Origin: a virus
Taxonomy: Duplodnaviria > Caudoviricetes
Direction: 5' to 3' (one strand)
DNA length: 32,875 bases
Virus record (IMG/VR): IMGVR_UViG_3300020432_000023
Span: 1 to 32,875 of that record
Below, piece after piece: positions 26,184 to 32,875 of this stretch. The number at the start of each line of letters is the position of its first letter. Positions within the stretch are counted from its first letter, which is position 1. Under the pieces are notes generated by a model that was not told where the DNA came from, did no database searches, and saw only the letters and a program-made list of their open reading frames with translations. The position numbers and the translations under genes were made by a program.

Positions 26184-26344
26184 CACAGCTGAGCGTTTCA
26201 GACAAAGTAAGAGATGAAGAGGGACTAGAGTGGTGGGTTCTCTCTATGTTCCCTGAGATCAACTCTGTGGTATGCATAACCACAAATGAAGACAGGTTCG
26301 ATCGCAAAGCATTCAGACCTGACGAATTGACAATCATTGGTTAG
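26180..26344 (+). CDS. Hypothetical protein (54 aa), small beta domain
   Basis: Translated by hand, AGGAG site and ATGA overlap: MTQLSVSDKVRDEEGLEWWVLSMFPEINSVVCITTNEDRFDRKAFRPDELTIIG. Confidence 0.65.
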   Translation: MTQLSVSDKVRDEEGLEWWVLSMFPEINSVVCITTNEDRFDRKAFRPDELTIIG

Positions 26345-26516
26345 GGACGTAATAACATAGTCCCTCTGCCACATAGTAGTCGGCCAGTTTCCGTAGCTCG
26401 GGATACTGGTCGATTTTTTCTGTGTCTAATAATCCCTGCACCAGGTCGAGTGATTGCTTCCAATCACACTTACCATCCTTATACGTCTGTGCCAGTGTAT
26501 CAAGTGTCATACTCAT
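26334..26516 (-). CDS. Hypothetical protein (60 aa)
   Basis: GGAGG upstream; converges on and overlaps the last gene of the plus-strand island. Confidence 0.7.
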   Translation of the reverse strand: MSMTLDTLAQTYKDGKCDWKQSLDLVQGLLDTEKIDQYPELRKLADYYVAEGLCYYVPNQ

Positions 26517-26646
26517 CCTCCTTTAGTACCTGTTGTTTGGTACGATTAGATAGGTGGTCTAACATACCACTTTCTCTTAATTCCTCCATTTCTGTTAGGT
26601 TTCTCTTTTTTTGGCTGAATTTGCCTTTTTTGCCTGGTTTAGACAT
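26500..26646 (-). CDS. Small basic hypothetical protein (48 aa)
   Basis: MSKPGKKGKFSQKKRNLTEMEELRESG; ATG 5 nt after the upstream stop. Confidence 0.6.
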   Translation of the reverse strand: MSKPGKKGKFSQKKRNLTEMEELRESGMLDHLSNRTKQQVLKEDEYDT

Positions 26647-26650
26647 TTTG

Positions 26651-26905
26651 TTACACTTCTGTGATTTGTACCAAGTCCCCACTTTTTAGTGAGTTATTAT
26701 AAAACTTGCCAAGACTGACACTTTTATCATCTTTGACAAAACCGTCGAGAACTGCAAGAAGTTTCGAGCTTGCAGGTTTCCACTTATACTCATAGCTTTT
26801 TTCATTTCCTGAAAAATTAATGAAAACCTTGGAACCTTGCACGATTACCTTATCTATGGCAGAACTGAGATTTCCTATCTCATATGTGTGTTTTTTTGCG
26901 GCCAC
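26651..26905 (-). CDS. KTSC-like small protein (84 aa)
   Basis: SSAIDKV...VFINFSG..SYEY...SLGKFYN resembles the KTSC pattern; GTG start after an early promoter. Confidence 0.55.
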   Translation of the reverse strand: MAAKKHTYEIGNLSSAIDKVIVQGSKVFINFSGNEKSYEYKWKPASSKLLAVLDGFVKDDKSVSLGKFYNNSLKSGDLVQITEV

Positions 26906-26928
26906 GTTTTTTCTGTGTTGTTATACTA

Positions 26929-26986
26929 ATTATAGCAGATCTGAGTGCTTTTTGCCAATCTCGGAGACACTTTGAGAACTGTCACA
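26929..26986 (-). promoter_or_regulatory. Cyanophage early promoter (bipartite motif + TATAAT)
   Basis: TGTGACAGTTCTCAAAGTGTCTC-N29-TATAAT with a TG extension. Confidence 0.75.
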
Positions 26987-27093
26987 TTTGGGCTTGACAT
27001 CTCGTGCACTGTCGGCTAAGACGAACTCTCCAAGCCGCTCAAATATATTTAAAACAACATTTAGTAAATCTGTACTAAATCTAGTCTCATTCT

Positions 27094-27687
27094 CTATAGA
27101 ATACCACGTCCCTTACGGAATAGGTCAAAAATGAGGGAAATTCTATCATTTGACCCCATATTTTGTACACAATGGTGTGCGGAAGACGTGAAAATCATGA
27201 GCTTACCCTCCGCATAGGGTCTAAACTCACTCCGTACAGATAACGTAGAGATTGTCTCGTTAAATGGCAACTGACATCTGATCCTCTGAGTATTTGGGTT
27301 CGGATCAGGGTCATAATGCCATCCAAGACGTGCATCAGGTGCTAATTTGACCATACCAACGTACATAGTCTCTCCTAACCATAACATAGTCTTCCTTATC
27401 TTAGGTAATAGGGTTGTATTCCTTGTATATGGTATGTTATTATAGAATAGTGGTGCTATACTCCACTTACATTTCTGATTAGGCTGTACTATAGGTGCAC
27501 TGTTAAACTCATTAGCATCTATCTCATGTCCTTGATGACTATGTGCTATCGTACGTTGTTGATAGTCAGTAAAATCTCGCCACTCAATCTCATTAGAATG
27601 TGCATCCCACTCTTCCTTAAGAACAGGATACACTTTCTCTAATCCTATGAGTTTATTGTTGTTGACTTGATCAACGTTTAGGAACAC
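27094..27687 (-). CDS. Aspartyl/asparaginyl beta-hydroxylase-like 2OG-Fe(II) oxygenase
   Basis: LAPDARLGWHYD (HxD), IRCQLP, EGKLMIF..SAHHCVQN...RISLIFD. Confidence 0.8.
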   Translation of the reverse strand: MFLNVDQVNNNKLIGLEKVYPVLKEEWDAHSNEIEWRDFTDYQQRTIAHSHQGHEIDANEFNSAPIVQPNQKCKWSIAPLFYNNIPYTRNTTLLPKIRKTMLWLGETMYVGMVKLAPDARLGWHYDPDPNPNTQRIRCQLPFNETISTLSVRSEFRPYAEGKLMIFTSSAHHCVQNMGSNDRISLIFDLFRKGRGIL

Positions 27688-27841
27688 GATTGACTACCTT
27701 GGGGTTCTTGGGTACATTGAGTTCTTCCTCGTCACCTTCTGCCCACTCAGTACAGTATGAGTATACGAACTCCATAGGCAGGTCTGTCTGTATCAGTTGT
27801 TTATAGCAACGTTGTCTACGTTCTAGTATTCTATCAGACAT
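27671..27841 (-). CDS. Hypothetical protein (~56 aa)
   Basis: MSDRILERRQRCYKQL; overlaps both neighbours; start uncertain. Confidence 0.6.
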   Translation of the reverse strand: MSDRILERRQRCYKQLIQTDLPMEFVYSYCTEWAEGDEEELNVPKNPKVVNRVPKR

Positions 27842-28097
27842 AAGGCGATACCACTGTGTCACCTTTACGTGGATAGGCTGCAACCTCAGGATCTGGATCT
27901 AACCACTTGACATACTCTGGATCTTCAATGCAGCAGTCGAGTTGTGCAGCACTGTCAAGATAGTACATGTCATAGTATCTCTTCTGCAGGTCATTCCACT
28001 TCTGTATACGAAAGTCTGGAGCACCGTTCTCCTCTAATAGACCTTTCTGTACAAATCTGTATGGATAGCGTTCTAGGATTACTTCTGTCTTAGTCAT
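27834..28097 (-). CDS. Conserved cyanophage hypothetical protein (87 aa)
   Basis: ERYPYRFV...PDFRIQK...DMYYLDS..QL..IEDPEYVKWLDPD. Confidence 0.8.
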   Translation of the reverse strand: MTKTEVILERYPYRFVQKGLLEENGAPDFRIQKWNDLQKRYYDMYYLDSAAQLDCCIEDPEYVKWLDPDPEVAAYPRKGDTVVSPYV

Positions 28098-28237
28098 CTT
28101 TGGTTATCCTCATTGAATGGTGAACTGAAGTATTTACGATTGGCAACGTATAATACTAATAGTGCTGTGAGTATCCCAAAGAACCCAATTATCAATATTG
28201 GTGATTGTGGGAAATCATAGAATGGAACTGCTGGCAT
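28094..28237 (-). CDS. Small single-pass membrane protein (47 aa)
   Basis: Translated by hand: MPAVPFYDFPQSPILIIGFFGILTALLVLYVANRKYFSSPFNEDNQR; AGGAG site; coupled at both ends. Confidence 0.7.
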   Translation of the reverse strand: MPAVPFYDFPQSPILIIGFFGILTALLVLYVANRKYFSSPFNEDNQR

Positions 28238-28452
28238 CACTTACTCCTCCTTGATAGTAATGTTTTGTTTGTTGTGCCATATTGTGAATAAAGTTTGGCA
28301 TCATTGATTGCCTGACCTTCATTCTTAAATGGACCGTACGTTTGTGGTACGTCTTTAAATGACCAATATACTCCTCTTCTCTTCTGGTTAAGCAGCACGT
28401 TGATGTCCTGATTGAGAACCGTGAACTGCACTCTTTTTGATGTTTTGGGCAT
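28237..28452 (-). CDS. Hypothetical protein (71 aa)
   Basis: GVYWSF...YGPFKNEGQAINDA motif. Confidence 0.7.
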   Translation of the reverse strand: MPKTSKRVQFTVLNQDINVLLNQKRRGVYWSFKDVPQTYGPFKNEGQAINDAKLYSQYGTTNKTLLSRRSK

Positions 28453-28663
28453 TTGATTTTGAAATAGTGTTCCAGTAAGATCGACTTACTACAACGTTGA
28501 CTTGTTTGTAACCGTGAAGTGTATCTTCATCAGGCCACTCATGTGTACATACGCTTATATAATCACTACAAACAAACGTTACAAAGGCATCAGGTGTAAC
28601 AATACCTGTTGCACTACATGTATACGTTACTAGGTCACCCACTTGAAATGGATACTTTGCCAT
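28388..28663 (-). CDS. Hypothetical protein (91 aa)
   Basis: FQVGDLVTY...VTFVCSDYISVC; SH3-like beta pattern. Confidence 0.7.
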   Translation of the reverse strand: MAKYPFQVGDLVTYTCSATGIVTPDAFVTFVCSDYISVCTHEWPDEDTLHGYKQVNVVVSRSYWNTISKSNAQNIKKSAVHGSQSGHQRAA

Positions 28664-28666
28664 TGA

Positions 28667-28873
28667 TCAACCAAAACCATTTCCACTATTTAACTCCTTA
28701 CGTAGAGCATATGACTCACGTAATGATCGTTTCAAATAGATGATCTCCTCCTCCTTATATAAGAATGGATCTAAATCTGATTGTTTGAGTGCACGTTTAA
28801 TGCCATTGATCCTCTTAGATACAGTGGAGACAGTTTCCATTTGATGTGAATGATTGTTTGGGTTGAGTTTCAT
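28667..28873 (-). CDS. Hypothetical protein (68 aa)
   Basis: DPFLYKEEEIIYLKRSLR with a GNGFG C-terminus, common among cyanophage small proteins. Confidence 0.7.
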   Translation of the reverse strand: MKLNPNNHSHQMETVSTVSKRINGIKRALKQSDLDPFLYKEEEIIYLKRSLRESYALRKELNSGNGFG

Positions 28874-28912
28874 GAACCTAGTGATAGTTTATAGACATTG
28901 CGGTCTATACTA

Positions 28913-29161
28913 TTAGAATGGGCAGTCTTCTGGGACTATGTACTGTGGTTCTTCGCCTGACATCCATTTACTACGTTGCTCGTCTTGCCACTCTAGGTGT
29001 GCAACACGCTTGAGCATTTCATCTACATGAACCTTCTCTTGCATTTCACTGGTAGTGAGTTCCTTTTCATACTGGTACTCTGTCCATACCATGTCATAGT
29101 AAAGTGTGTTTGCGATAATAATCTCCTGTAATAGGGTGCGGAAAACAAAATACCGTAGCAT
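28913..29161 (-). CDS. Hypothetical protein (up to 82 aa)
   Basis: ORF just downstream of the early promoter at 29178; true start may be internal. Confidence 0.6.
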   Translation of the reverse strand: MLRYFVFRTLLQEIIIANTLYYDMVWTEYQYEKELTTSEMQEKVHVDEMLKRVAHLEWQDEQRSKWMSGEEPQYIVPEDCPF

Positions 29162-29177
29162 TTGTTTTCCCTCTATT

Positions 29178-29236
29178 ATTATAGTGCATCCAAGTCTCTT
29201 TGTCTACCACTACGTGTCACTTGTGTAGCTGGCACA
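29178..29236 (-). promoter_or_regulatory. Cyanophage early promoter embedded in the upstream gene's 3' end
   Basis: TGTGCCAGCTACACAAGTGACAC-N30-TATAAT; TAGACA-N17-TATAAT. Confidence 0.8.
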
Positions 29237-29844
29237 CCGTTCATTAAATTATTGATTACTGGTGCTAGTCTCTCCTTCCAGAATGTGAAGTACTCATCAA
29301 TTGTGAATGGTATCTCATCATTGAACCATCTGTATAGGTCAGACACACCGAAGATGGAGATGCCTAGATTTGTATACTCACGTGATATCTCGATTGGTAT
29401 CTCTCTCTTTACTGGTACGAAGTAACCACTCTGCACGTTGATGATGTCATGCTTTTCCTCTAGTGCAGTAGCAATGTCATGTATCTTCTGGTTAGATGCT
29501 CTGACCTTCTCAGTATCAAAGTTCACATTGCACTTACTCTCTAGGTACATATGTGATGCATACATTAGATCAGGTATAGTGAAGAAGTGATCTATCTGTC
29601 TTGTCCTACCATTGACATCTACACGATCACTGTCCTCTATCATATTTGTTGTGTTGTCCATGTCGGAGAACACTGTGTTCCAGAACTTCTCTAGTCTTGC
29701 ACCAACAGTAATGGATATACTCTGTGTTGATGGTCTGTCCTCAAGGCCACATGCTTCAAGTATAAAACTCTCAGTAGTCTTGGGTTGTATACTTTCGATG
29801 AGTGGGAGTAGTTTTGCTTCTAGGTAATCAGTGGATGATAACAT
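29179..29844 (-). CDS. PD-(D/E)XK nuclease-like protein, putative restriction endonuclease (221 aa)
   Basis: GARLEKFWN...RQIDHFF...YLESKCNVNFDTEK gives E...D...E-x-K catalytic spacing; lies near a DNA methyltransferase. Start at ATG 29844 preferred. Confidence 0.55.
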   Translation of the reverse strand: MLSSTDYLEAKLLPLIESIQPKTTESFILEACGLEDRPSTQSISITVGARLEKFWNTVFSDMDNTTNMIEDSDRVDVNGRTRQIDHFFTIPDLMYASHMYLESKCNVNFDTEKVRASNQKIHDIATALEEKHDIINVQSGYFVPVKREIPIEISREYTNLGISIFGVSDLYRWFNDEIPFTIDEYFTFWKERLAPVINNLMNGVPATQVTRSGRQRDLDAL

Positions 29845-30010
29845 TGTCAAAATTGTAAGTAGGAATGGAACGTACTCTAATAATATTATAACCTTTTTCT
29901 CTACATATTTCAACTATTGCGAAATCTTCGTTCTTGTCATAGTCCACAATACATATCTCCTCCTCAGGATCAAAATTCTCTAGATGTTGAATTAATTGTC
30001 TGACGAGCAT
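29828..30010 (-). CDS. Hypothetical protein (60 aa)
   Basis: MLVRQLIQHLENFDPEEEI, a common small phage protein start; follows a promoter. Confidence 0.7.
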   Translation of the reverse strand: MLVRQLIQHLENFDPEEEICIVDYDKNEDFAIVEICREKGYNIIRVRSIPTYNFDNVIIH

Positions 30011-30031
30011 AACTCTTGTGTACGTATCCTT

Positions 30032-30090
30032 ATTATACTGCTTCTAGTAGACTTTGTAAACCAGGTACTGCCACTAAATGATCTGTCATA
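30032..30090 (-). promoter_or_regulatory. Cyanophage early promoter embedded in the methyltransferase 3' end
   Basis: TATGACAGATCATTTAGTGGCAG-N30-TATAAT; TTTACA-N17-TATAAT. Confidence 0.75.
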
Positions 30091-30884
30091 CTATTCTTAT
30101 AGTTGGTGACATACATGTGCTTAACTGAAGCCTTGGAGTGGTTCTTACCTTTACCAAAACGTTGTCCATAACCGAATGGTTTGAGTATTATATTATATTG
30201 TGCTAGTTCTTTCTTATAGTAGTCGTTGTCACTATGTACAAACATCCACATGGCCTTAGTGTTATGCATACACTGTACGAGACGGTGATGTAAATCATCA
30301 CCTCCATCACCATCAGTATATCCTAGACGATCAATGTATGGTGGATCAATGAATATAAAGTCATTCTCTGTTGCTAGATCAAATATACTCTCGAAGTCAC
30401 CACAATGTATATCACATCCTCCTAAGAACTTCATGTGGTTCCAGTGTAGGTTACATGCGAACTTCTTATAGTGTCCGAATGGTACATTGAACTGTCCTTT
30501 ACTATTATATCTCTCCATACCACTGAACGCTAACTGTTTCACTGTGATATATGACACTGCCCAGTCATGTGGGTCTGTCTGTCCACTGTTGATGTAGTCT
30601 CTGCTCTGATAGTAATGCTTTTCTAGTTCATCATGCTCTAGTGTCTTGAGGTAGCATACATGTGAAAATACTTCTTGAAACATCAATGGGTTCTTTACTG
30701 CACGATACATGTTGATCAGTGCAGGATTGAAGTCATTGAGTATACTACGATGACCTAAATCAAAAGACACTGCTGCTCCACCTGCGAATGGTTCGAGTAC
30801 AGTGTCATATTTGTCTGGTAGTAGTCCACGTATTGTTGGTAGTTCTCTTGTCTTACCACCTTGATACTTAATAATTGGTTTCAT
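30033..30884 (-). CDS. D12-class (Dam-family) N6-adenine DNA methyltransferase
   Basis: KYQGGK, EPFAGGAAV (motif I), NDFN, RYNSKGQFNVPFG and FIDPPY (motif IV). Target sequence unknown. Confidence 0.92.
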   Translation of the reverse strand: MKPIIKYQGGKTRELPTIRGLLPDKYDTVLEPFAGGAAVSFDLGHRSILNDFNPALINMYRAVKNPLMFQEVFSHVCYLKTLEHDELEKHYYQSRDYINSGQTDPHDWAVSYITVKQLAFSGMERYNSKGQFNVPFGHYKKFACNLHWNHMKFLGGCDIHCGDFESIFDLATENDFIFIDPPYIDRLGYTDGDGGDDLHHRLVQCMHNTKAMWMFVHSDNDYYKKELAQYNIILKPFGYGQRFGKGKNHSKASVKHMYVTNYKNSMTDHLVAVPGLQSLLEAV

Positions 30885-30985
30885 CCGTATAAATGTACAT
30901 TATAATGTTTCCGAGTAGGCTTGTACTCTTCCTTTTTCTTCTTTGCTCGGATGTATATCTTGAGCAATAAGTCACTTGTAATCAT
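30881..30985 (-). CDS. Small basic hypothetical protein (34 aa)
   Basis: Translated by hand: MITSDLLLKIYIRAKKKKEEYKPTRKHYNVHLYG; ATGA overlaps at both ends; GAGGAG site. Confidence 0.6.
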   Translation of the reverse strand: MITSDLLLKIYIRAKKKKEEYKPTRKHYNVHLYG

Positions 30986-31197
30986 TTGCTCCTCTTTTTT
31001 CGTAGTCTATCGACTAGGTTACGTGCAGATTGTTCGTTTCTGCAGAACTGTATTATAGCACCATTATGCACTAAAGCCAACTTCTTACCACCTGAGGGTA
31101 TTGCGTAATAACCGTCCTCAGTGGCAAAGCCGTACTTGGTGTCCTTATAAAATCTTGCTATTGCTCGTAACTCTCGTTCTTCTGGTGTAAGTGCCAT
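30982..31197 (-). CDS. Hypothetical protein (71 aa)
   Basis: GFATEDGYYAIPSGGKKLALVHNG...CRNEQSARN. Confidence 0.75.
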   Translation of the reverse strand: MALTPEERELRAIARFYKDTKYGFATEDGYYAIPSGGKKLALVHNGAIIQFCRNEQSARNLVDRLRKKRSK

Positions 31198-31400
31198 GGG
31201 TGTTCATAATGTGGGTTTTCAATTTTGGATATAGTAAGACTAGCACCTTTAAAACTATTCATTCTCTTGATGTTACCGAACGATAGTTCTATGTCCTTGT
31301 CTGTCCATCCTAGTTCCTTGACGAACTCTCTCTTGATGAATATGTGCAGTTCTCCCTCCACATATTTAAAATCGAAATACTTTTGTATGTCAGGATCCAT
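31158..31400 (-). CDS. Hypothetical protein, weakly AbrB-like (80 aa)
   Basis: LHIFIKREFVKELGWTDKDIELSF resembles the swapped-hairpin pattern. Confidence 0.55.
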   Translation of the reverse strand: MDPDIQKYFDFKYVEGELHIFIKREFVKELGWTDKDIELSFGNIKRMNSFKGASLTISKIENPHYEHPWHLHQKNESYEQ

Positions 31401-31887
31401 AGTCGTTTGATTTACCCTCGTTATGTATAAGGTTACCTGACACTACTACTCTATCATGATGATGACATGTATGTGGGCATACGTAGTGCATCAACTCAGC
31501 ATCAAACACATGTAAGTTGCCTACTTGAGGATATATTCTCTCATCAGGCAACCATATATGTTTTATGTCTGGGAAACTGATAGGATTGCAAGAAGTACAG
31601 GCATCCAGATACCAAACAAAAGACCAATCAAAATCAATATGGTTATGAGTTTCTGCATAGTCGCCACGTCCATAAGACGCAACCCAAAGATCTTCAATTT
31701 TGTGGTTCGGGTAGAGGACATTTAATTGTCTGCATAGATCAGGGAAATACTCAGATACATTCCAATCGGTCAGATCTGCCTTTACAGGTGCATCCTCACG
31801 ACGATACCAATCGAGTTGTTCTAGTATCTCATTGGTATTTACTGGTGGTTTGACGTAAAACGTCTCAATCTTTAAGTTTTGCTTCAT
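31390..31887 (-). CDS. 2OG-Fe(II) oxygenase superfamily protein (165 aa)
   Basis: WVASYGRGDYAETHNH, SFVWYL, PQVGNLHVFDAELMHYV...RVVVSGN; start at ATG 31887 preferred. Confidence 0.8.
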   Translation of the reverse strand: MKQNLKIETFYVKPPVNTNEILEQLDWYRREDAPVKADLTDWNVSEYFPDLCRQLNVLYPNHKIEDLWVASYGRGDYAETHNHIDFDWSFVWYLDACTSCNPISFPDIKHIWLPDERIYPQVGNLHVFDAELMHYVCPHTCHHHDRVVVSGNLIHNEGKSNDYGS

Positions 31888-32323
31888 ATTCTCTGTATGC
31901 AGTATAGAGTTGGTTCTCCATACCATATGCTTCTACCTCCCATGGTTCATCCATGTAGGCAGTCTCTGGTGGTACAACCTGTCCCTTCCACTTATTGACA
32001 CCACGACATAATCTTGTGTCATATCTCACTTGATGAGTACCACGAACACGTTGCTCGAAGTGTACCAACTCATGAAATAGTGTGGTAAGGTACTGTTCTT
32101 TGTTATCAAGACGATTTTCCATCTCGATCTCAAAGTATCTAGGTTTGGATTGTGTACCTATAGAGATACATGCACCATCATCCTCAGGCCACAACCGCTT
32201 ATCAATTACATGGATAAACGTGTTGAAGCGATTGAGTTTACGATGTTGAATGAACCACTCGATTGCATTGCGAGTGATCCGCTTGCGATTGCGATACCCG
32301 CCAAACGTAACATAACAAGACAT
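31865..32323 (-). CDS. Zincin-like metallopeptidase (HExxH)
   Basis: TLFHELVHFEQ...YMDEPWEVEAY. Confidence 0.75.
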   Translation of the reverse strand: MSCYVTFGGYRNRKRITRNAIEWFIQHRKLNRFNTFIHVIDKRLWPEDDGACISIGTQSKPRYFEIEMENRLDNKEQYLTTLFHELVHFEQRVRGTHQVRYDTRLCRGVNKWKGQVVPPETAYMDEPWEVEAYGMENQLYTAYREYEAKLKD

Positions 32324-32406
32324 AGTTGGGTTCCCCAGTGTAGAAAGTTAATGAATGAGAAGATGAAGATGAGTTTCTCTGCTCCTGTTAATTCTTTAGC
32401 GTTCAT
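32206..32406 (-). CDS. Small hydrophobic hypothetical protein
   Basis: MNAKELTGAEKLIFIFSFINFLHWG; the long overlap with the next gene lowers confidence. Confidence 0.5.
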   Translation of the reverse strand: MNAKELTGAEKLIFIFSFINFLHWGTQLCLVMLRLAGIAIASGSLAMQSSGSFNIVNSIASTRLSM

Positions 32407-32530
32407 TTAATAATATCTCTAGTTTAGCATAGGTAGCACCTTTGCCTGTTGCCTTTGTGTCATTCTGCATCAAACTCATAAAATACTTGATCTCGTTAGG
32501 TGAGAATGGTGATTCATACTTCTTTGCCAT
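32396..32530 (-). CDS. Hypothetical protein (44 aa)
   Basis: Translated by hand: MAKKYESPFSPNEIKYFMSLMQNDTKATGKGATYAKLEILLNER; follows an early promoter. Confidence 0.6.
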   Translation of the reverse strand: MAKKYESPFSPNEIKYFMSLMQNDTKATGKGATYAKLEILLNER

Positions 32531-32553
32531 AGTAATGTGGTCTGGTGTGATGA

Positions 32554-32875
32554 TTACTTCCATAGTATAGCAGGTAATTGACTAGGTATGCTATCTATTC
32601 GGTCACTTTGTAGACTGGCATAGTCCTCGTTCAATTCACATCCGATATACTTACGATTGTGTTTCTTAGCAAGCATTGCTGTAGTTCCTGATCCCATGAA
32701 TGGATCGAGAACTATATCATTCTCCTCACTACCTGCTAATATGCATGGTTCAATGAGGTCAGGTGGAAACACTGCAAAGTGTGCTCCCTTATATGGTTTA
32801 TTGGTTACTGTCCAAACAGATCGTTTATTCTTCCTGTCATAAGACTTGGTAAGACCACTATGAGGAGCCAAGCCA
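32554..32875 (-). CDS. N6-adenine/N4-cytosine DNA methyltransferase (beta class), 3' part
   Basis: SVWTV...HFAVFPPDLIEPCILAGS...VLDPFMGSGTT...IGCELN; the start lies beyond the window end. Confidence 0.9.
   Translation of the reverse strand, partial: GLAPHSGLTKSYDRKNKRSVWTVTNKPYKGAHFAVFPPDLIEPCILAGSEENDIVLDPFMGSGTTAMLAKKHNRKYIGCELNEDYASLQSDRIDSIPSQLPAILWK
32564..32622 (-). promoter_or_regulatory. Cyanophage early promoter embedded in the methyltransferase 3' end
   Basis: TATGCCAGTCTACAAAGTGACCG-N30-TATACT with a TG extension. Confidence 0.7.

Noticed and set aside
30033-30884. Naming the methyltransferase dam (GATC-specific)
   Set aside because: The family is clear but target specificity cannot be read from sequence by eye.
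30899-30904. TATAAT just upstream of the D12 methyltransferase as its promoter
   Set aside because: No -35 or upstream motif, and it lies within a coupled 34-aa ORF; possible but unsupported.
26450-32842. Plus-strand ORFs 26450-26689, 29162-29425, 29612-29827, 31225-31410, 31525-31725, 32150-32410 and 32657-32842
   Set aside because: Shadows of minus-strand genes, several with recognisable motifs.

Overview
This is a 32.9-kb segment of an AT-rich T4-like cyanomyovirus, probably infecting marine Prochlorococcus or Synechococcus (inferred from gene content and order). Positions 1-21.3 kb are a minus-strand late structural module with T4-type TATAAATA late promoters: PAAR, gp25, gp6, a 5065-aa gp7-like baseplate protein, gp8 and the 5' part of a VrlC/DUF4815-type virion protein. 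Positions 21.3-32.9 kb are an early/accessory region of small ORFs driven by sigma70-like promoters, six of which share a bipartite upstream motif. This region holds a plus-strand gene island, a pseudoknotted ncRNA candidate, a DUF3574/SAM-lyase-like gene, two 2OG-Fe(II) oxygenases, a zincin, and two DNA methyltransferases, one beside a PD-(D/E)XK nuclease-like gene. The top finding is that the giant baseplate protein carries three helical domains that align by eye with phycobiliprotein beta subunits, including cysteines at both bilin-attachment positions, which suggests a virion-borne biliprotein. All family assignments come from motif recognition by eye; no searches were run.
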